From Nemertoderma westbladi (lineage: Eukaryota > Animalia > Xenacoelomorpha), in contig JAUCBJ010007900.1 in assembly GCA_032718475.1 (NCBI GenBank), positions 62,001 to 126,000 on the forward strand: DNA of 64,000 nucleotides, given 5' to 3'. Numbering within the stretch: position 1 is the first letter of the stretch; each line of letters opens with the position of its first letter. The notes under the pieces were generated by a model that was not told where the DNA came from, searched no databases, and worked only from the letters and a program-made list of their open reading frames with translations. The position numbers were made by a program, and so were the translations under genes. This document shows, piece after piece, positions 21,796-37,770 of this stretch.

Positions 21796-24590
21796 GCTCC
21801 CACTGATGGTGGCAGTGGTGGGATCCCTGTGAGTGGGCAGCAGGGCTACCACTGATGGTGGCAGTGGTGGGAGCCCTGTGAGTGGGCAGCAGGGCTCCCA
21901 CTGGTGGTGGCAGTGGTGGCAGCCCTGTGAGTGGGCAGCAGGGCTCCCACTGATGGTGGCAGTGGTGGGATCCCTGTGAGTGGGCAGCAGGGCTCCCACT
22001 GATGGTGGCAGTGGTCGGATCCCTGTGAGTGGGTAGCAGGGCTCCCACTGATGGTGGCAGTGGTGGGAGCCCTGTGAGTGGGTAGCAGGGCTCCCACTCA
22101 TGGTGGCAGTGGTGGCAGCCCTGTGAGTGGGCAGCAGGGCTACCACTGATGGTGGCAGTGGTGGGAGCCCTGTGAGTGGGCAGCAGGGCTCCCACTGATC
22201 GTGGCAGTGGTGGGATCCCTGTGAGTGGGCAGCAGGGTTCCCACTGATGGTGGCAGTGGTGGGATCCCTGTGAGTGGGCAGCAGGGCTCCCACTGATGGT
22301 GGCAGTGGTCGGATCCCTGTGAGTGGGTAGCAGGACTCTCACCAATGGTGGCAGTGGTGGGAGTTCTGTGAGTGGGTAGCAGGGCTCCCACTGATGGTGG
22401 CAGTGGTGGGATCCCTGTGAGTGGGCAGCAGGGCTCCCACTGATGGTGGCAGTGGTGGGATCCCTGTGAGTGGGTAGCAGGGCTCCCACTGATGGTGGCA
22501 GTGGTCGGATCCCTGTGAGTGGGTAGCAGGACTCCCACCAATGGTGGCAGTGGTGGGAGTTCTGTGAGTGGGTAGCAGGACTCCCACTGATGGTGGCAGT
22601 GGTGGGATCCCTGTGAATGGGCAGCAGGGCTCCCACTGATGGTGGCAGTGGTGGGAGCCCTGTGAGTGGGCAGCAGGGCTCCTACTGATGGTGGCAGTGG
22701 TGGGATCCCTGTGAGTGGGCAGCAGGACTCCCACTGGTGGTGGCAGTGGTGGGAGCCCTGTGAGTGGGCAGCAGGGCTCCTACTGATGGTGGCAGTGGTG
22801 GGATCCCTGTGAGTGGGCAGCAGGACTCCCACTGGTGGTGGCAGTGGTGGGAGCCCTGTGAGTGGGCAGCAGGGCTCCTACTGATGGTGGCAGTGGTGGG
22901 AGCCCTGTGAGTGGGCAGCAGGGCTCCCACTGATCGTGGCAGTGGTGGGATCCCTGTGAGTGGGCAGCAGGGTTCCCACTGATGGTGGCAGTGGTGGGAT
23001 CCCTGTGAGTGGGCAGCAGGGCTCCCACTGATGGTGGCAGTGGTCGGATCCCTGTGAGTGGGTAGCAGGACTCCCACCAATGGTGGCAGTGGTGGGAGTT
23101 CTGTGAGTGGGTAGCAGGGCTCCCACTGATGGTGGCAGTGGTGGGATCCCTGTGAGTGGGCAGCAGGGCTCCCACTGATGGTGGCAGTGGTGGGATCCCT
23201 GTGAGTGGGTAGCAGGGCTCCCACTGATGGTGGCAGTGGTCGGATCCCTGTGAGTGGGTAGCAGGACTCCCACCAATGGTGGCAGTGGTGGGAGTTCTGT
23301 GAGTGGGTAGCAGGACTCCCACTGATGGTGGCAGTGGTGGGATCCCTGTGAATGGGCAGCAGGGCTCCCACTGATGGTGGCAGTGGTGGGAGCCCTGTGA
23401 GTGGGCAGCAGGGCTCCTACTGATGGTGGCAGTGGTGGGATCCCTGTGAGTGGGCAGCAGGACTCCCACTGGTGGTGGCAGTGGTGGGAGCCCTGTGAGT
23501 GGGCAGCAGGGCTCCTACTGATGGTGGCAGTGGTGGGATCCCTGTGAGTGGGCAGCAGGACTCCCACTGGTGGTGGCAGTGGTGGGAGCCCTGTGAGTGG
23601 GCAGCAGGGCTCCCACTGATGGTGGCAGTGGTGGGATCCCTGTGAGTGGGCAGCAGGGCTACCACTGATGGTGGCAGTGGTGGGAGCCCTGTGAGTGGGC
23701 AGCAGGGCTCCCACTGATGGTGGCAGTGGTGGGATCCCTGTGAGTGGGCAGCAGGGCTCCTACTGATGGTGGCAGTGGTGGGTGCCCTGTGAGTGGGCAG
23801 CAGGGCTCCCACTGATGGTGGCAGTTGTGGGATCCCTGTGAGTGGGCAGCAGGGCTCCCACTGGTGGTGGCAGTGGTGGCAGCCCTGTGAGTGGGCAGCA
23901 GGGCTTCCACTGATGGTGGCAGTGGTGGGAGCCCTTAGAGTCGGCAGCAGGGCTCCCACTGATCGTGGCAGTGGTGGGAGCCCTGTGAGTGGGCAGCAGG
24001 GCTCCCACTGATGGTGGCAGTGGTGGGAGTCCTGTGAGTGGGTAGCAGGGCTCCCACTGGTGGTGGTAGTGGTGGGAGCCCTGTGAGTGGGTAGCAGGGC
24101 TCCCACAGGTGGTGGCAGTGGCGGGAGCCCTGTGAGTGGGTAGCAGGGCTCCCACTGGTGGTGGCAGTGGTGGGAGCCCTGTGAGTGGGTAGCAGGGCTC
24201 CCACTGATGGTGGCAGTGGTGGGAGCCCTGTGAGTGGGTAGCAGGGCTCCCACTCATGGTGGCATTGGTGGGAGCCCTGTGAGTGGGCAGCAGGGCTCTC
24301 ACTGATGGTGGCAGTGGTGGGAGCCCTGTGAGTGGGTAGCAGGGCTCCCACTGATGGTGGCAGTGGTGGGATCCCTGTGAGTGGACAGCAGGGCTCCCAC
24401 TGATGGTGGTAGTGGTGGGATCCCTGTGAGTGGGTAGCAGGGCTCCCACTGATGGTGGCAGTGGTGGGAGCCCTGTGAGTGGGCAGCAGGGCTCTCACTG
24501 ATGGTGGCAGTGGTGGGAGCCCTGTGAGTGGGCAGCAGGGCTCTCACTGATGGTGGCAGTGGTGGGAGCCCTGTGAGTGGGTAGCAGGGC
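21792..24590. repeat. GC-rich 49-bp minisatellite, ~57 copies
   Basis: Unit cagggctcccactgatggtggcagtggtgggagccctgtgagtgggcag with a 12-bp inverted repeat cagggctcccac / gtgggagccctg. Confidence 0.97.
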
Positions 24591-24677
24591 ACCCAAATGT
24601 AACTTGCTAATGGTAACTGTTCGCTGATGATATCTTAACAGTTTTACTGCACGAAGACCCAAGACCTGTACTAGTTA

Positions 24678-25245
24678 GGACCACCGCGCACTAGAGATGC
24701 AAGATGCATGATAAATTCTTTGAAAAGTACTTTAAAATAATCAAAGTAATATTAGTGTGTGTTGCCACCCAATATAATATTATACTGTACCTCGGTGTAA
24801 TTAGCAGTTCTTCCTTCGCTCCAATCGCTTTTCTAAATTTGGTGCTACAATTGCGGATGTTTTCATCAATTAGGGTCAAAAGTTCAACAAATGTACCAAC
24901 GGAAATGCGAGTATAATTCGCAAATATCTGTGGTCGGGGTCATCTCACAGTTGATCAAATAACTTTGCCATAACAGTTGCCGCAGGTCTCTTGAAAATTA
25001 TTGGATGTATCCATATCCAATGCTCTCGTGAAATGAGGTTAGTTTGTTCCCACAACATATGCAGAAACAGTTTCAATAACTTCATCATCACTGTCATCCA
25101 TTAAATAATATGTGGATGGTCAGACACGCAATAAATAAATAACATAAAAGCTATCAATATATAAAATAAAATACGATGCATCTTGCATCTCTAGTGTACG
25201 TCGGGAACGATTTTTGCATCTTGCATCTCTAGTGTGCGGCGGGCC
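24678..25245 (-). mobile_element. Internally deleted PIF/Harbinger element
   Basis: TIRs ggaccaccgcgcactagagatgcaagatgca / tgcatcttgcatctctagtgtgcggcgggcc; TTA TSD on both sides; degenerate transposase N-terminus on - strand (WIHPI...FANYTRISVGTFVELLTLIDENIRNCSTKFRKAIGAKEELLITPRY). Confidence 0.88.
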
Positions 25246-26204
25246 TTACTGTACCAGCAGAATCACAGACTAACTCAGCAGCAATACTAAGTTATCATAA
25301 CAGACAGGTTAAATATACCCGTGAGAGAGACTATTGGCTTCACCAGAGGTTGGGTCATTTACTTACAAGTTTATTGTGGAAATAATGAGCTGAGTATGGC
25401 GGTCAGACAACTTAACTATTTAGATAAGATGAAGTAATATTGAGCTGCTATCTTAATAAGCGTCGTGAAATAAAAATAAGTAGACATCAAACTGTTGTGA
25501 AGCATTCTAAATTTAATTGGTTTTGAAACATTTTATGGGTTCAATTGTAATGATTAGCCTCAACGAGTGAACGTAATATTACTAAGTAAATTATTATCGA
25601 ATGATATTCAGTATCAGCGAATTTAACAATGCCGCTCTTTACTAATTAAACGGCATTCATTCAGTTGATTATAATGTTCTTTTGGTAAACACATACTATC
25701 TACAGTCTTGTTCACAATTAAAACCCATTCTTCAATCTCCATCAATCTAGGTCAATCTAGTCCCATAGAAAAATAATAGTTAGATTGATGGCATTGAACC
25801 TACTTTCAACTTATTCAATCCAGACTTTCTGTCTAGATTGATCAGATTTAACAGATTGAAAATGTAGAGCCGAAGTATCCCTCTGTGCAAAGATGCCATG
25901 GGTTAGTAGGGCAGGCTTATCCATACCTAAAGGAATAAAGAGCAGGGCGGCGAGGCGGGTAGACTAAGCTCAAAGAGCAGGGCGGCTACTTCAAACATCT
26001 ATAGGCCAGGCTACTATTGGAATCCCGCAGAGCTTGAGAGTGATTGACAGGCACAGTAACAATACAGATGGTGTGTGGTGTACTTTCTGAATTGCAGTTT
26101 CAGTACACCTGCCGTCTGCAGAAGTTATTTTCAAATTTCTCCAACTCCATAAGTCAACATGGCATGGCCTTGTGTAACAAAGCCACTAATGAAATGGAAA
26201 TCTG

Positions 26205-29200
26205 CAAGCATATCTAAACACGTCATACTAAGTTATAAAAGCGTACCTAAACACATACTTTAGTTCTGCAAGCATATCTCAACACGTCATACTAAGTTCT
26301 ACAAGCATACCTAAATACATACTTTAGTTCTGCAAGTATGATACCTAAACACATAGTTTAGTTCTACAAGCATACCTAAACACATAGTTTAGTTCGGCAA
26401 GCATACCTAAACACATACTTTAGTTCTACACGCATACCTATATACATAGTTTAGGTCTACAAGCATACCTAAACACATACTTTAGTTCTACAAGCATACC
26501 TAAACACATACTTTAGTTCTACAAGCATACCTAAACACATACTTTAGTTCTACAAGCATATCTAAACACATACTTTAGTTCTACAAACATACCTAAACCC
26601 ATACTTTAGTTCTACAAGCATACCTAAACCCATACTTTAGTTCTACAAGCATACCTAAACACATACTTTAGTTCTACAAGCATACCTAAACACATACTTT
26701 AGTTCTACAAGCATACCTAAACATATACTTTAGTTCTACAAGCATACCTAAACCCATACTTTAGATCTACAAGCATACCTAAACACATACTTTAGTTCTA
26801 CAAGCATACCTAAACACATATTTTAGTTCTGCAAGCATGATACCTAAACACATAGTTTCGTTCTACAAGCATACCTAAACACATACTTTAGTTCTACAAG
26901 CATACCTAAACCCATACTTTAGATCTACAAGCATACCTAAACACATACTTTAGTTCTACAAGCATACCTAAACACATATTTTAGTTCTGCAAGCATGATA
27001 CCTAAACACATAGTTTCGTTCTACAAGCATACCTAAACACATACTTTAGTTCTACAAGCATACCTAAACACATACTTTAGTTCTACAAACATACCTAAAC
27101 ACATACTTTAGTTCTACAAGCATACCTAAACACATACTTTAGTTCTACAAGCATACCTAAACACATACTTTAGTTCTACAAGCATACCTAAACCCATTCT
27201 TTAGTTCTACAAGCATACCTAAACACATACTTTAGTTCTACAAGCATACCTAAACACATACTTTAGTTCTATAAGCATACCTAAACCCATACTTTAGTTC
27301 TACAAGCATACCTAAACCCATACTTTAGTTCTACAAGCATACCTAAACACATACTTTAGTTCTACAAGCATACCTAAACACATACTTTAGTTCTACAAGC
27401 ATACCTAAACACATACTTTAGTTCTACAAGCATACCTAAACCCATACTTTAGTTCTACAAGCATACCTAAACACATACTTTAGTTCTACAAGCATACCTA
27501 AACACATACTTTAGTTCTACAAGCATACCTAAACACATACTTTAGTTCTACAAGCATACCTAAACACATACTTTAGTTCTACAAGCATACCTAACACATA
27601 CTTTAGTTCTACAAGCATACATAAACACATACTTTAGTTCTACATGCATACCTAAACACATACTTTAGTTCTACAAGCATACCTAAACACATACTTTAGT
27701 TCTGCAAGCATGATACCTAAACACATAGTTTCGTTCTACAAGCATACCTAAACACATACTTTAGTTCTACAAGCATACCTAAACACATACTTTAGTTCTA
27801 CAAACATACCTAAACACATACTTTAGTTCTACAAGCATACCTAAACACATACTTTAGTTCTACAAGCATACCTAAACACATACTTTAGTTCTACCTACCT
27901 ACAAGCATACCTAAACACATACTTTAGTTCTACAAGCATACCTAAACACATACTTTAGTTCTACAAGCATACCTAAACACATACTTTAGTTCTACAAGCA
28001 TACCTAAACACATACTTTAGTTCTACAAGCATACCTAAACCCATTCTTTAGTTCTACAAGCATACCTAAACACATACTTTAGTTCTACAAGCATACCTAA
28101 ACACATACTTTAGTTCTACAAGCATACCTAAACCCATACTTTAATTCTACAAGCATACCTAAACCCATACTTTAGTTCTACAAGCATACCTAAACACATA
28201 CTTTAGTTCTACAAGCATACCTAAACACATACTTTAGTTCTACAAGCATACCTAAACACATACTTTAGTTCTACAAGCATACCTAAACCCATACTTTAGT
28301 TCTACAAGCATACCTAAACACATACTTTAGTTCTACAAGCATACCTAAACACATACTTTAGTTCTACAAACATACCTAAACACATACTTTAGTTCTACAA
28401 GCATACCTAAACCCATTCTTTAGTTCTACAAGCATACCTAAACACATACTTTAGTTCTACAAGCATACCTAAACACATACTTTAGTTCTACAAGCATACC
28501 TAAACACATACTTTAGTTCTACAAGCATACCTAAACACATACTTTAGTTCTACAAGCATACCTAAACACATACTTTAGTTCTACCTACAAGCATACCTAA
28601 ACATATACTTTAGTTCTACAAGCATACCTAAACACATACTTTAGTTCTACAAGCATACCTAAACACATACTTTAGTTCTACAAGCATACCTAAACACATA
28701 CTTTAGTTCTACAAGCATACCTAAACCCATTCTTTAGTTCTACAAGCATACCTAAACACATACTTTAGTTCTACAAGCATACCTAAACACATACTTTAGT
28801 TCTACAAGCATACCTAAACCCATACTTTAATTCTACAAGCATACCTAAACCCATACTTTAGTTCTACAAGCATACCTAAACACATACTTTAGTTCTACAA
28901 GCATACCTAAACACATACTTTAGTTCTACAAGCATACCTAAACACATACTTTAGTTCTACAGGCATACCTAAACCCATACTTTAGTTCTACAAGCATACC
29001 TAAACACATACTTTAGTTCTACAAGCATACCTAAACACATACTTTAGTTCTACAAGCATACCTAAACACATACTTTAGTTCTACAAGCATACCTAAACCC
29101 ATACTTTAGTTCTACAAGCATACCTAAACACATACTTTAGTTCTACAAGCATACCTAAACACATACTTCAGTTCTACAAGCATACCTAAACACATACTTT

Positions 29201-32200
29201 AGTTCTGCAAGCATGATACCTAAACACATAGTTTAGTTCTATAAGCATACCTAAACACATACTTTAGTTCAACAAGCATACCTAAACACATACTTTAGTT
29301 CTACAAGCATACCTAAACACATACTTTAGTTCTACAAGCATACCTAAACACATACTTTAGTTCTACAAGCATACCTAAACCCATTCTTTAGTTCTACAAG
29401 CATACCTAAGCACATACTTTAGTTCTACAAGCATACCTAAACACATACTTTAGTTCTACAAACATACCTAAACACATACTTTAGTTCTATAAGCATACCT
29501 AAACACATACTTTAGTTCTACAAGCATACCTAAACACATACTTTAGTTCTGCAAGCATATCTCAACACGTCATACTAAGTTCTGCAAGCATACCTAAACA
29601 CATACTTTAGTTCTGCAAGTCTGATACCTAAACACATACTTTAGTTCTACAAGCATACCTAAACACATACTTTAGTTCGGCAAGCATACCTAAACACATA
29701 CTTTAGTTCTACAAGCATACCTAAACACATACTTTAGTTCTACAAGCATACCTAAACACATACTTTAGTTCTACAAGCATACCTAAACACATACTTTAGT
29801 TCTACAAGCATACCTAAACACATACTTTAGTTCTACAAGCATACCTAAACACATACTTTAGTTCTACAAGCATACCTAAACACATACTTTAGTTCTACAA
29901 GCATACCTAAACACATACTTTAGTTCTACAAGCATACCTAAACACATACTTTAGTTCTACAAGCATACCTAAACACATACTTTAGTTCTACAAGCATACC
30001 TAAACACATACTTTAGTTCTACAAGCATACCTAAACACATACTTTAGTTCTACAAGCATACCTAAACACATACTTTAGTTCTACAAGCATACCTAAACAC
30101 ATACTTTAGTTCTACAAGCATACCTAAACACATACTTTAGTTCTACAAGCATACCTAAACACATTCTTTAGTTCTACAAGCATACCTAAACACATACTTT
30201 AGTTCTACAAGCATAATACCTAAACACATACTCTAGTTCTACAAGCATACCTAAACACATACTTTAGTTCTACAAGCATACCTAAACACATACTTTAGTT
30301 CTACAAGCATACCTAAACACATACTTTAGTTCTACAAGCATACCTAAACACATTCTTTAGTTCTACAAGCATACCTAAACACATACTTTAGTTCTACAAG
30401 CATACCTAAACACATACTTTAGTTCTACAAGCATACCTAAACACATACTTTAGTTCTACAAGCATACCTAAACACATACTTTAGTTCTACAAGCATACCT
30501 AAACACATACTTTAGTTCTACAAGCATACCTAAACACATACTTTAGTTCTACAAGCATACCTAAACACATACTTTAGTTCTACAAGCATACCTAAACACA
30601 TACTTTAGTTCTACAAGCATACCTAAACACATACTTTAGTTCTACAAGCATACCTAAACACATACTTTAGTTCTACAAGCATACCTAAACACATACTTTA
30701 GTTCTACAAGCATACCTAAACACATACTTTAGTTCTACAAGCATACCTAAACACATACTTTAGTTCTACAAGCATACCTAAACACATACTTTAGTTGTAC
30801 AAGCATACCTAAACACATACTTTAGTTCTACAAGCATACCTAAACACATTCTTTAGTTCTACAAGCATACCTAAACACATACTTTAGTTCTACAAGCATA
30901 ATACCTAAACACATACCCTAGTTCTACAAGCATACCTAAACACATACTTTAGTTCTACAAGCATACCTAAACACATACTTTAGTTCTACAAGCATACCTA
31001 AACCCATACTTTAGTTCTACAAGCATACCTAAACACATACTTTAGTTCTACAAGCATACCTAAACACATACTTTAGTTCTACAAGCATACCTAAACACAT
31101 ACTTTAGTTCTGCAAGCATGATACCTAAACACATAGTTTAGTTCTACAAGCATACCTAAACACATACTTTAGTTCTACAAGCATACCTAAACACATACTT
31201 TAGTTCTACAAGCATACCTAAACACATACTTTAGTTCTACAAGCATACCTAAACACATACTTTAGTTCTACAAGCATACCTAAACCCATACTTTAGTTCT
31301 ACAAGCATACCTAAACCCATACTTTAGTTCTACAAGCATACCTAAACACATACTTTAGTTCTACAAGCATACCTAAACACATACTTTAGTTCTACAAGCA
31401 TACCTAAACACATACTTTAGTTCTACAAGCATACCTAAACCCATACTTTAGTTCTACAAGCATACCTAAACACATACTTTAGTTCTACAAGCATACCTAA
31501 ACACATACTTTAGTTCTACAAGCATACCTAAACACATACTTTAGTTCTACAAGCATACCTAAACACATACTTTAGTTCAACAAGCATACCTAAACACATA
31601 CTTTAGTTCTACAAGCATACCTAAACACATACTTTAGTTCTACAAGCATACCTAAACACATACTTTAGTTCTACAAGCATACCTAAACCCATTCTTTAGT
31701 TCTACAAGCATACCTAAGCACATACTTTAGTTCTACAAGCATACCTAAACACATACTTTAGTTCTACAAACATACCTAAACACATACTTTAGTTCTATAA
31801 GCATACCTAAACACATACTTTAGTTCTACAAGCATACCTAAACACATACTTTAGTTCTGCAAGCATATCTCAACACGTCATACTAAGTTCTGCAAGCATA
31901 CCTAAATACATACTTTAGTTCTGCAAGTATGATACCTAAACACATAGTTTAGTTCGGCAAGCATACCTAAACACATAGTTTAGTTCGGCAAGCATACCTA
32001 AACACATACTTTAGTTCTACACGCATACCTATATACATAGTTTAGGTCTACAAGCATACCTAAACACATACTTTAGTTCTACAAGCATACCTAAACACAT
32101 ACTTTAGTTCTACAAGCATACCTAAACACATACTTTATTTCTACAAGCATACCTAAACCCATTCTTTAGTTCTACAAGCATACCTAAACACATACTTTAG

Positions 32201-35200
32201 TTTTACAAGCATACATAAACACATACTTTAGTTCTACAAGCATACCTAAACACATACTTTAGTTCTACAAGCATACATAAACACATACTTTAGTTCTACA
32301 AGCATACCTAAACACATTCTTTAGTTCTACAAGCATACCTAAACACATACTTTAGTTCTACAAGCATAATACCTAAACACATACTCTAGTTCTACAAGCA
32401 TACCTAAACCCATTCTTTAGTTCTACAAGCATACCTAAACACATACTTTAGTTTTACAAGCATACATAAACACATACTTTAGTTCTACAAGCATACCTAA
32501 ACACATACTTTAGTTCTACAAGCATACATAAACACATACTTTAGTTCTACAAGCATACCTAAACACATACTTTAGTTCTACAAGCATACCTAAACACATA
32601 CTTTAGTTCTACAAGCATACCTAAACACATACTTTAGTTCTACAAGCATACATAAACACATACTTTAGTTCTACAAGCATACCTAAACCCATTCTTTAGT
32701 TCTACAAGCATACCTAAACACATACTTTAGTTCTACAAGCATACCTAAACACATACTTTAGTTCTACAAGCATACCTAAACCCATACTTTAGTTCTACAA
32801 GCATACCTAAACACATACTTTAGTTCTACAAGCATACCTAAACACATACTTTAGTTCTACAAGCATACCTAAACACATACTTTAGTTCTACAAGCATACC
32901 TAAACACATACTTTAGTTCTACAAGCATACCTAAACACATTCTTTAGTTCTACAAGCATACCTAAACACATACTTTAGTTCTACAAGCATAATACCTAAA
33001 CACATACCCTAGTTCTACAAGCATACCTAAACACATACTTTAGTTCTACAAGCATACCTAAACACATACTTTAGTTGTACAAGCATACCTAAACACATAC
33101 TTTAGTTCTACAAGCATACCTAAACACATTCTTTAGTTCTACAAGCATACCTAAACACATACTTTAGTTCTACAAGCATAATACCTAAACACATACCCTA
33201 GTTCTACAAGCATACCTAAACACATACTCTAGTTCTACAAGCATACCTAAACACATACTTTAGTTCTACAAGCATACCTAAACACATACTTTAGTTCTAC
33301 AAGCATACCTAAACACATACTTTAGTTCTACAAGCATACCTAAACACATACTTTAGTTCTACAAGCATAATACCTAAACACATACCCTAGTTCTACAAGC
33401 ATACCTAAACACATACTCTAGTTCTACAAGCATACCTAAACACATACTTTAGTTCTACAAGCATACCTAAACACATACTTTAGTTCTACAAGCATACCTA
33501 AACACATACTTTAGTTCTACAAGCATACCTAAACACATACTTTAGTTCTACAAGCATACCTAAACACATACTTTAGTTGTACAAGCATACCTAAACACAT
33601 ACTTTAGTTCTACAAGCATACCTAAACACATTCTTTAGTTCTACAAGCATACCTAAACACATACTTTAGTTCTACAAGCATAATACCTAAACACATACCC
33701 TAGTTCTACAAGCATACCTAAACACATACTCTAGTTCTACAAGCATACCTAAACACATACTTTAGTTCTACAAGCATACCTAAACCCATACTTTAGTTCT
33801 ACAAGCATACCTAAACACATACTTTAGTTCTACAAGCATACCTAAACACATACTTCAGTTCTACAAGCATACCTAAACACATACTTTAGTTCTGCAAGCA
33901 TGATACCTAAACACATAGTTTAGTTCTATAAGCATACCTAAACACATACTTTAGTTCAACAAGCATACCTAAACACATACTTTAGTTCTACAAGCATACC
34001 TAAACACATACTTTAGTTCTACAAGCATACCTAAACACATACTTTAGTTCTACAAGCATACCTAAACCCATACTTTAATTCTACAAGCATACCTAAACCC
34101 ATACTTTAGTTCTACAAGCATACCTAAACACATACTTTAGTTCTACAAGCATACCTAAACACATACTTTAGTTCTACAAGCATACCTAAACACATACTTT
34201 AGTTCTACAAGCATACCTAAACCCATACTTTAGTTCTACAAGCATACCTAAACACATACTTTAGTTCTACAAGCATACCTAAACACATACTTTAGTTCTA
34301 CAAGCATACCTAAACACATACTTTAGTTCTACAAGCATACCTAAACACATACTTTAGTTCAACAAGCATACCTAAACACATACTTTAGTTCTACAAGCAT
34401 ACCTAAACACATACTTTAGTTCTACAAGCATACCTAAACACATACTTTAGTTCTACAAGCATACCTAAACCCATTCTTTAGTTCTACAAGCATACCTAAG
34501 CACATACTTTAGTTCTACAAGCATACCTAAACACATACTTTAGTTCTACAAACATACCTAAACACATACTTTAGTTCTATAAGCATACCTAAACACATAC
34601 TTTAGTTCTACAAGCATACCTAAACACATACTTTAGTTCTGCAAGCATATCTCAACACGTCATACTAAGTTCTGCAAGCATACCTAAATACATACTTTAG
34701 TTCTGCAAGTATGATACCTAAACACATAGTTTAGTTCTACAAGCATACCTAAACACATAGTTTAGTTCGGCAAGCATACCTAAACACATACTTTAGTTCT
34801 ACACGCATACCTATATACATAGTTTAGGTCTACAAGCATACCTAAACACATACTTTAGTTCTACAAGCATACCTAAACACATACTTTAGTTCTACAAGCA
34901 TACCTAAACACATACTTTATTTCTACAAGCATACCTAAACCCATTCTTTAGTTCTACAAGCATACCTAAACACATACTTTAGTTTTACAAGCATACATAA
35001 ACACATACTTTAGTTCTACAAGCATACCTAAACACATACTTTAGTTCTACAAGCATACATAAACACATACTTTAGTTCTACAAGCATACCTAAACACATT
35101 CTTTAGTTCTACAAGCATACCTAAACACATACTTTAGTTCTACAAGCATAATACCTAAACACATACTCTAGTTCTACAAGCATACCTAAACCCATTCTTT

Positions 35201-37770
35201 AGTTCTACAAGCATACCTAAACACATACTTTAGTTTTACAAGCATACATAAACACATACTTTAGTTCTACAAGCATACCTAAACACATACTTTAGTTCTA
35301 CAAGCATACATAAACACATACTTTAGTTCTACAAGCATACCTAAACACATACTTTAGTTCTACAAGCATACCTAAACACATACTTTAGTTCTACAAGCAT
35401 ACCTAAACACATACTTTAGTTCTACAAGCATACATAAACACATACTTTAGTTCTACAAGCATACCTAAACCCATTCTTTAGTTCTACAAGCATACCTAAA
35501 CACATACTTTAGTTCTACAAGCATACCTAAACACATACTTTAGTTCTACAAGCATACCTAAACCCATACTTTAGTTCTACAAGCATACCTAAACACATAC
35601 TTTAGTTCTACAAGCATACCTAAACACATACTTTAGTTCTACAAGCATACCTAAACACATACTTTAGTTCTACAAGCATACCTAAACACATACTTTAGTT
35701 GTACAAGCATACCTAAACACATACTTTAGTTCTACAAGCATACCTAAACACATTCTTTAGTTCTACAAGCATACCTAAACACATACTTTAGTTCTACAAG
35801 CATAATACCTAAACACATACCCTAGTTCTACAAGCATACCTAAACACATACTTTAGTTCTACAAGCATACCTAAACACATACTTTAGTTGTACAAGCATA
35901 CCTAAACACATACTTTAGTTCTACAAGCATACCTAAACACATTCTTTAGTTCTACAAGCATACCTAAACACATACTTTAGTTCTACAAGCATAATACCTA
36001 AACACATACCCTAGTTCTACAAGCATACCTAAACACATACTCTAGTTCTACAAGCATACCTAAACACATACTTTAGTTCTACAAGCATACCTAAACACAT
36101 ACTTTAGTTCTACAAGCATACCTAAACACATACTTTAGTTCTACAAGCATACCTAAACACATACTTTAGTTCTACAAGCATAATACCTAAACACATACCC
36201 TAGTTCTACAAGCATACCTAAACACATACTCTAGTTCTACAAGCATACCTAAACACATACTTTAGTTCTACAAGCATACCTAAACACATACTTTAGTTCT
36301 ACAAGCATACCTAAACACATACTTTAGTTCTACAAGCATACCTAAACACATACTTTAGTTCTACAAGCATACCTAAACACATACTTTAGTTGTACAAGCA
36401 TACCTAAACACATACTTTAGTTCTACAAGCATACCTAAACACATTCTTTAGTTCTACAAGCATACCTAAACACATACTTTAGTTCTACAAGCATAATACC
36501 TAAACACATACCCTAGTTCTACAAGCATACCTAAACACATACTCTAGTTCTACAAGCATACCTAAACACATACTTTAGTTCTACAAGCATACCTAAACAC
36601 ATACTTTAGTTCTACATCTACACGCATACCTAAACACATACTTTAGTTCTACAAGCATACCTAAACACATACTCTAGTTCTACAAGCATACCTAAACACA
36701 TACTTTAGTTCTACAAGCATACCTAAACACATACTCTAGTTCTACAAGCATACCTAAACACATACTTTAGTTCTACAAGCATACCTAAACACATACTTTA
36801 GTTCTACAAGCATACCTAAACACATACTTTAGTTCTACAAGCATACATAAACACATACTTTAGTTCTACAAGCATACCTAAACACATACTTTAGTTCTAC
36901 AAGCATACCTAAACACATACTTTAGTTCTACAAGCATACCTAAACACATACTCTAGTTCTACAAGCATACCTAAACACATACTTTAGTTCTACAAGCATA
37001 CCTAAACACATACTTTAGTTCTACAAGCATACCTAAACACATACTTTAGTTCTACAAGCATACCTAAACACATACTTTAGTTCAACAAGCATACCTAAAC
37101 CCATTCTTTAGTTCTACAAGCATACCTAAACACATACTTTAGTTCTACAAGCATACCTAAACACATACTTTAGTTCTACAAGCATACCTAAACACATACT
37201 CTAGTTCTACAAGCATACCTAAACACATACTTTAGTTCTACAAGCATACCTAAACACATACTTTAGTTCTACAAGCATACCTAAACACATACTTTAGTTT
37301 ACAAGCATACCTAAACACATACTTTAGTTCTACAAGCATACCTAAACACATACTTTAGTTCTACAAGCATACCTAAACACATACTTTAGTTCTACAAGCA
37401 TACCTAAACACATACTTTAGTTCTACAAGCATACCTAAACACATACTTTAGTTCTACAAGCATACCTAAACACATACTTTAGTTCTACAAGCATACCTAA
37501 ACACATACTTTAGTTCTACAAGCATACCTAAACACATACTTTAGTTCTACAAGCATACCTAAACACATACTTTAGTTCAACAAGCATACCTAAACCCATT
37601 CTTTAGTTCTACAAGCATACCTAAACACATAGTTTAGTTCTACAAGCATACCTAAACACATACTTTAGTTCTACAAGCATACCTAAACACATACTTTAGT
37701 TCTACAAGCATACCTAAACACATACTTTAGTTCTACAAGCATACCTAAAGACATAGTTTAGTTCTACAAT
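26205..37770. repeat. 31-bp satellite (acaagcatacctaaacacatactttagttct)n, ~11.5 kb, ~370 copies
   Basis: Continuous tandem array with a small ctaaa/tttag stem in each unit, diverged edge units and recurring variant blocks. Confidence 0.98.

Noticed and set aside
21751-24592. Many overlapping His/Pro/Cys-rich ORFs
   Set aside because: A 49-bp unit cycles through all three frames and gives the same peptide in each; repeat artefact.
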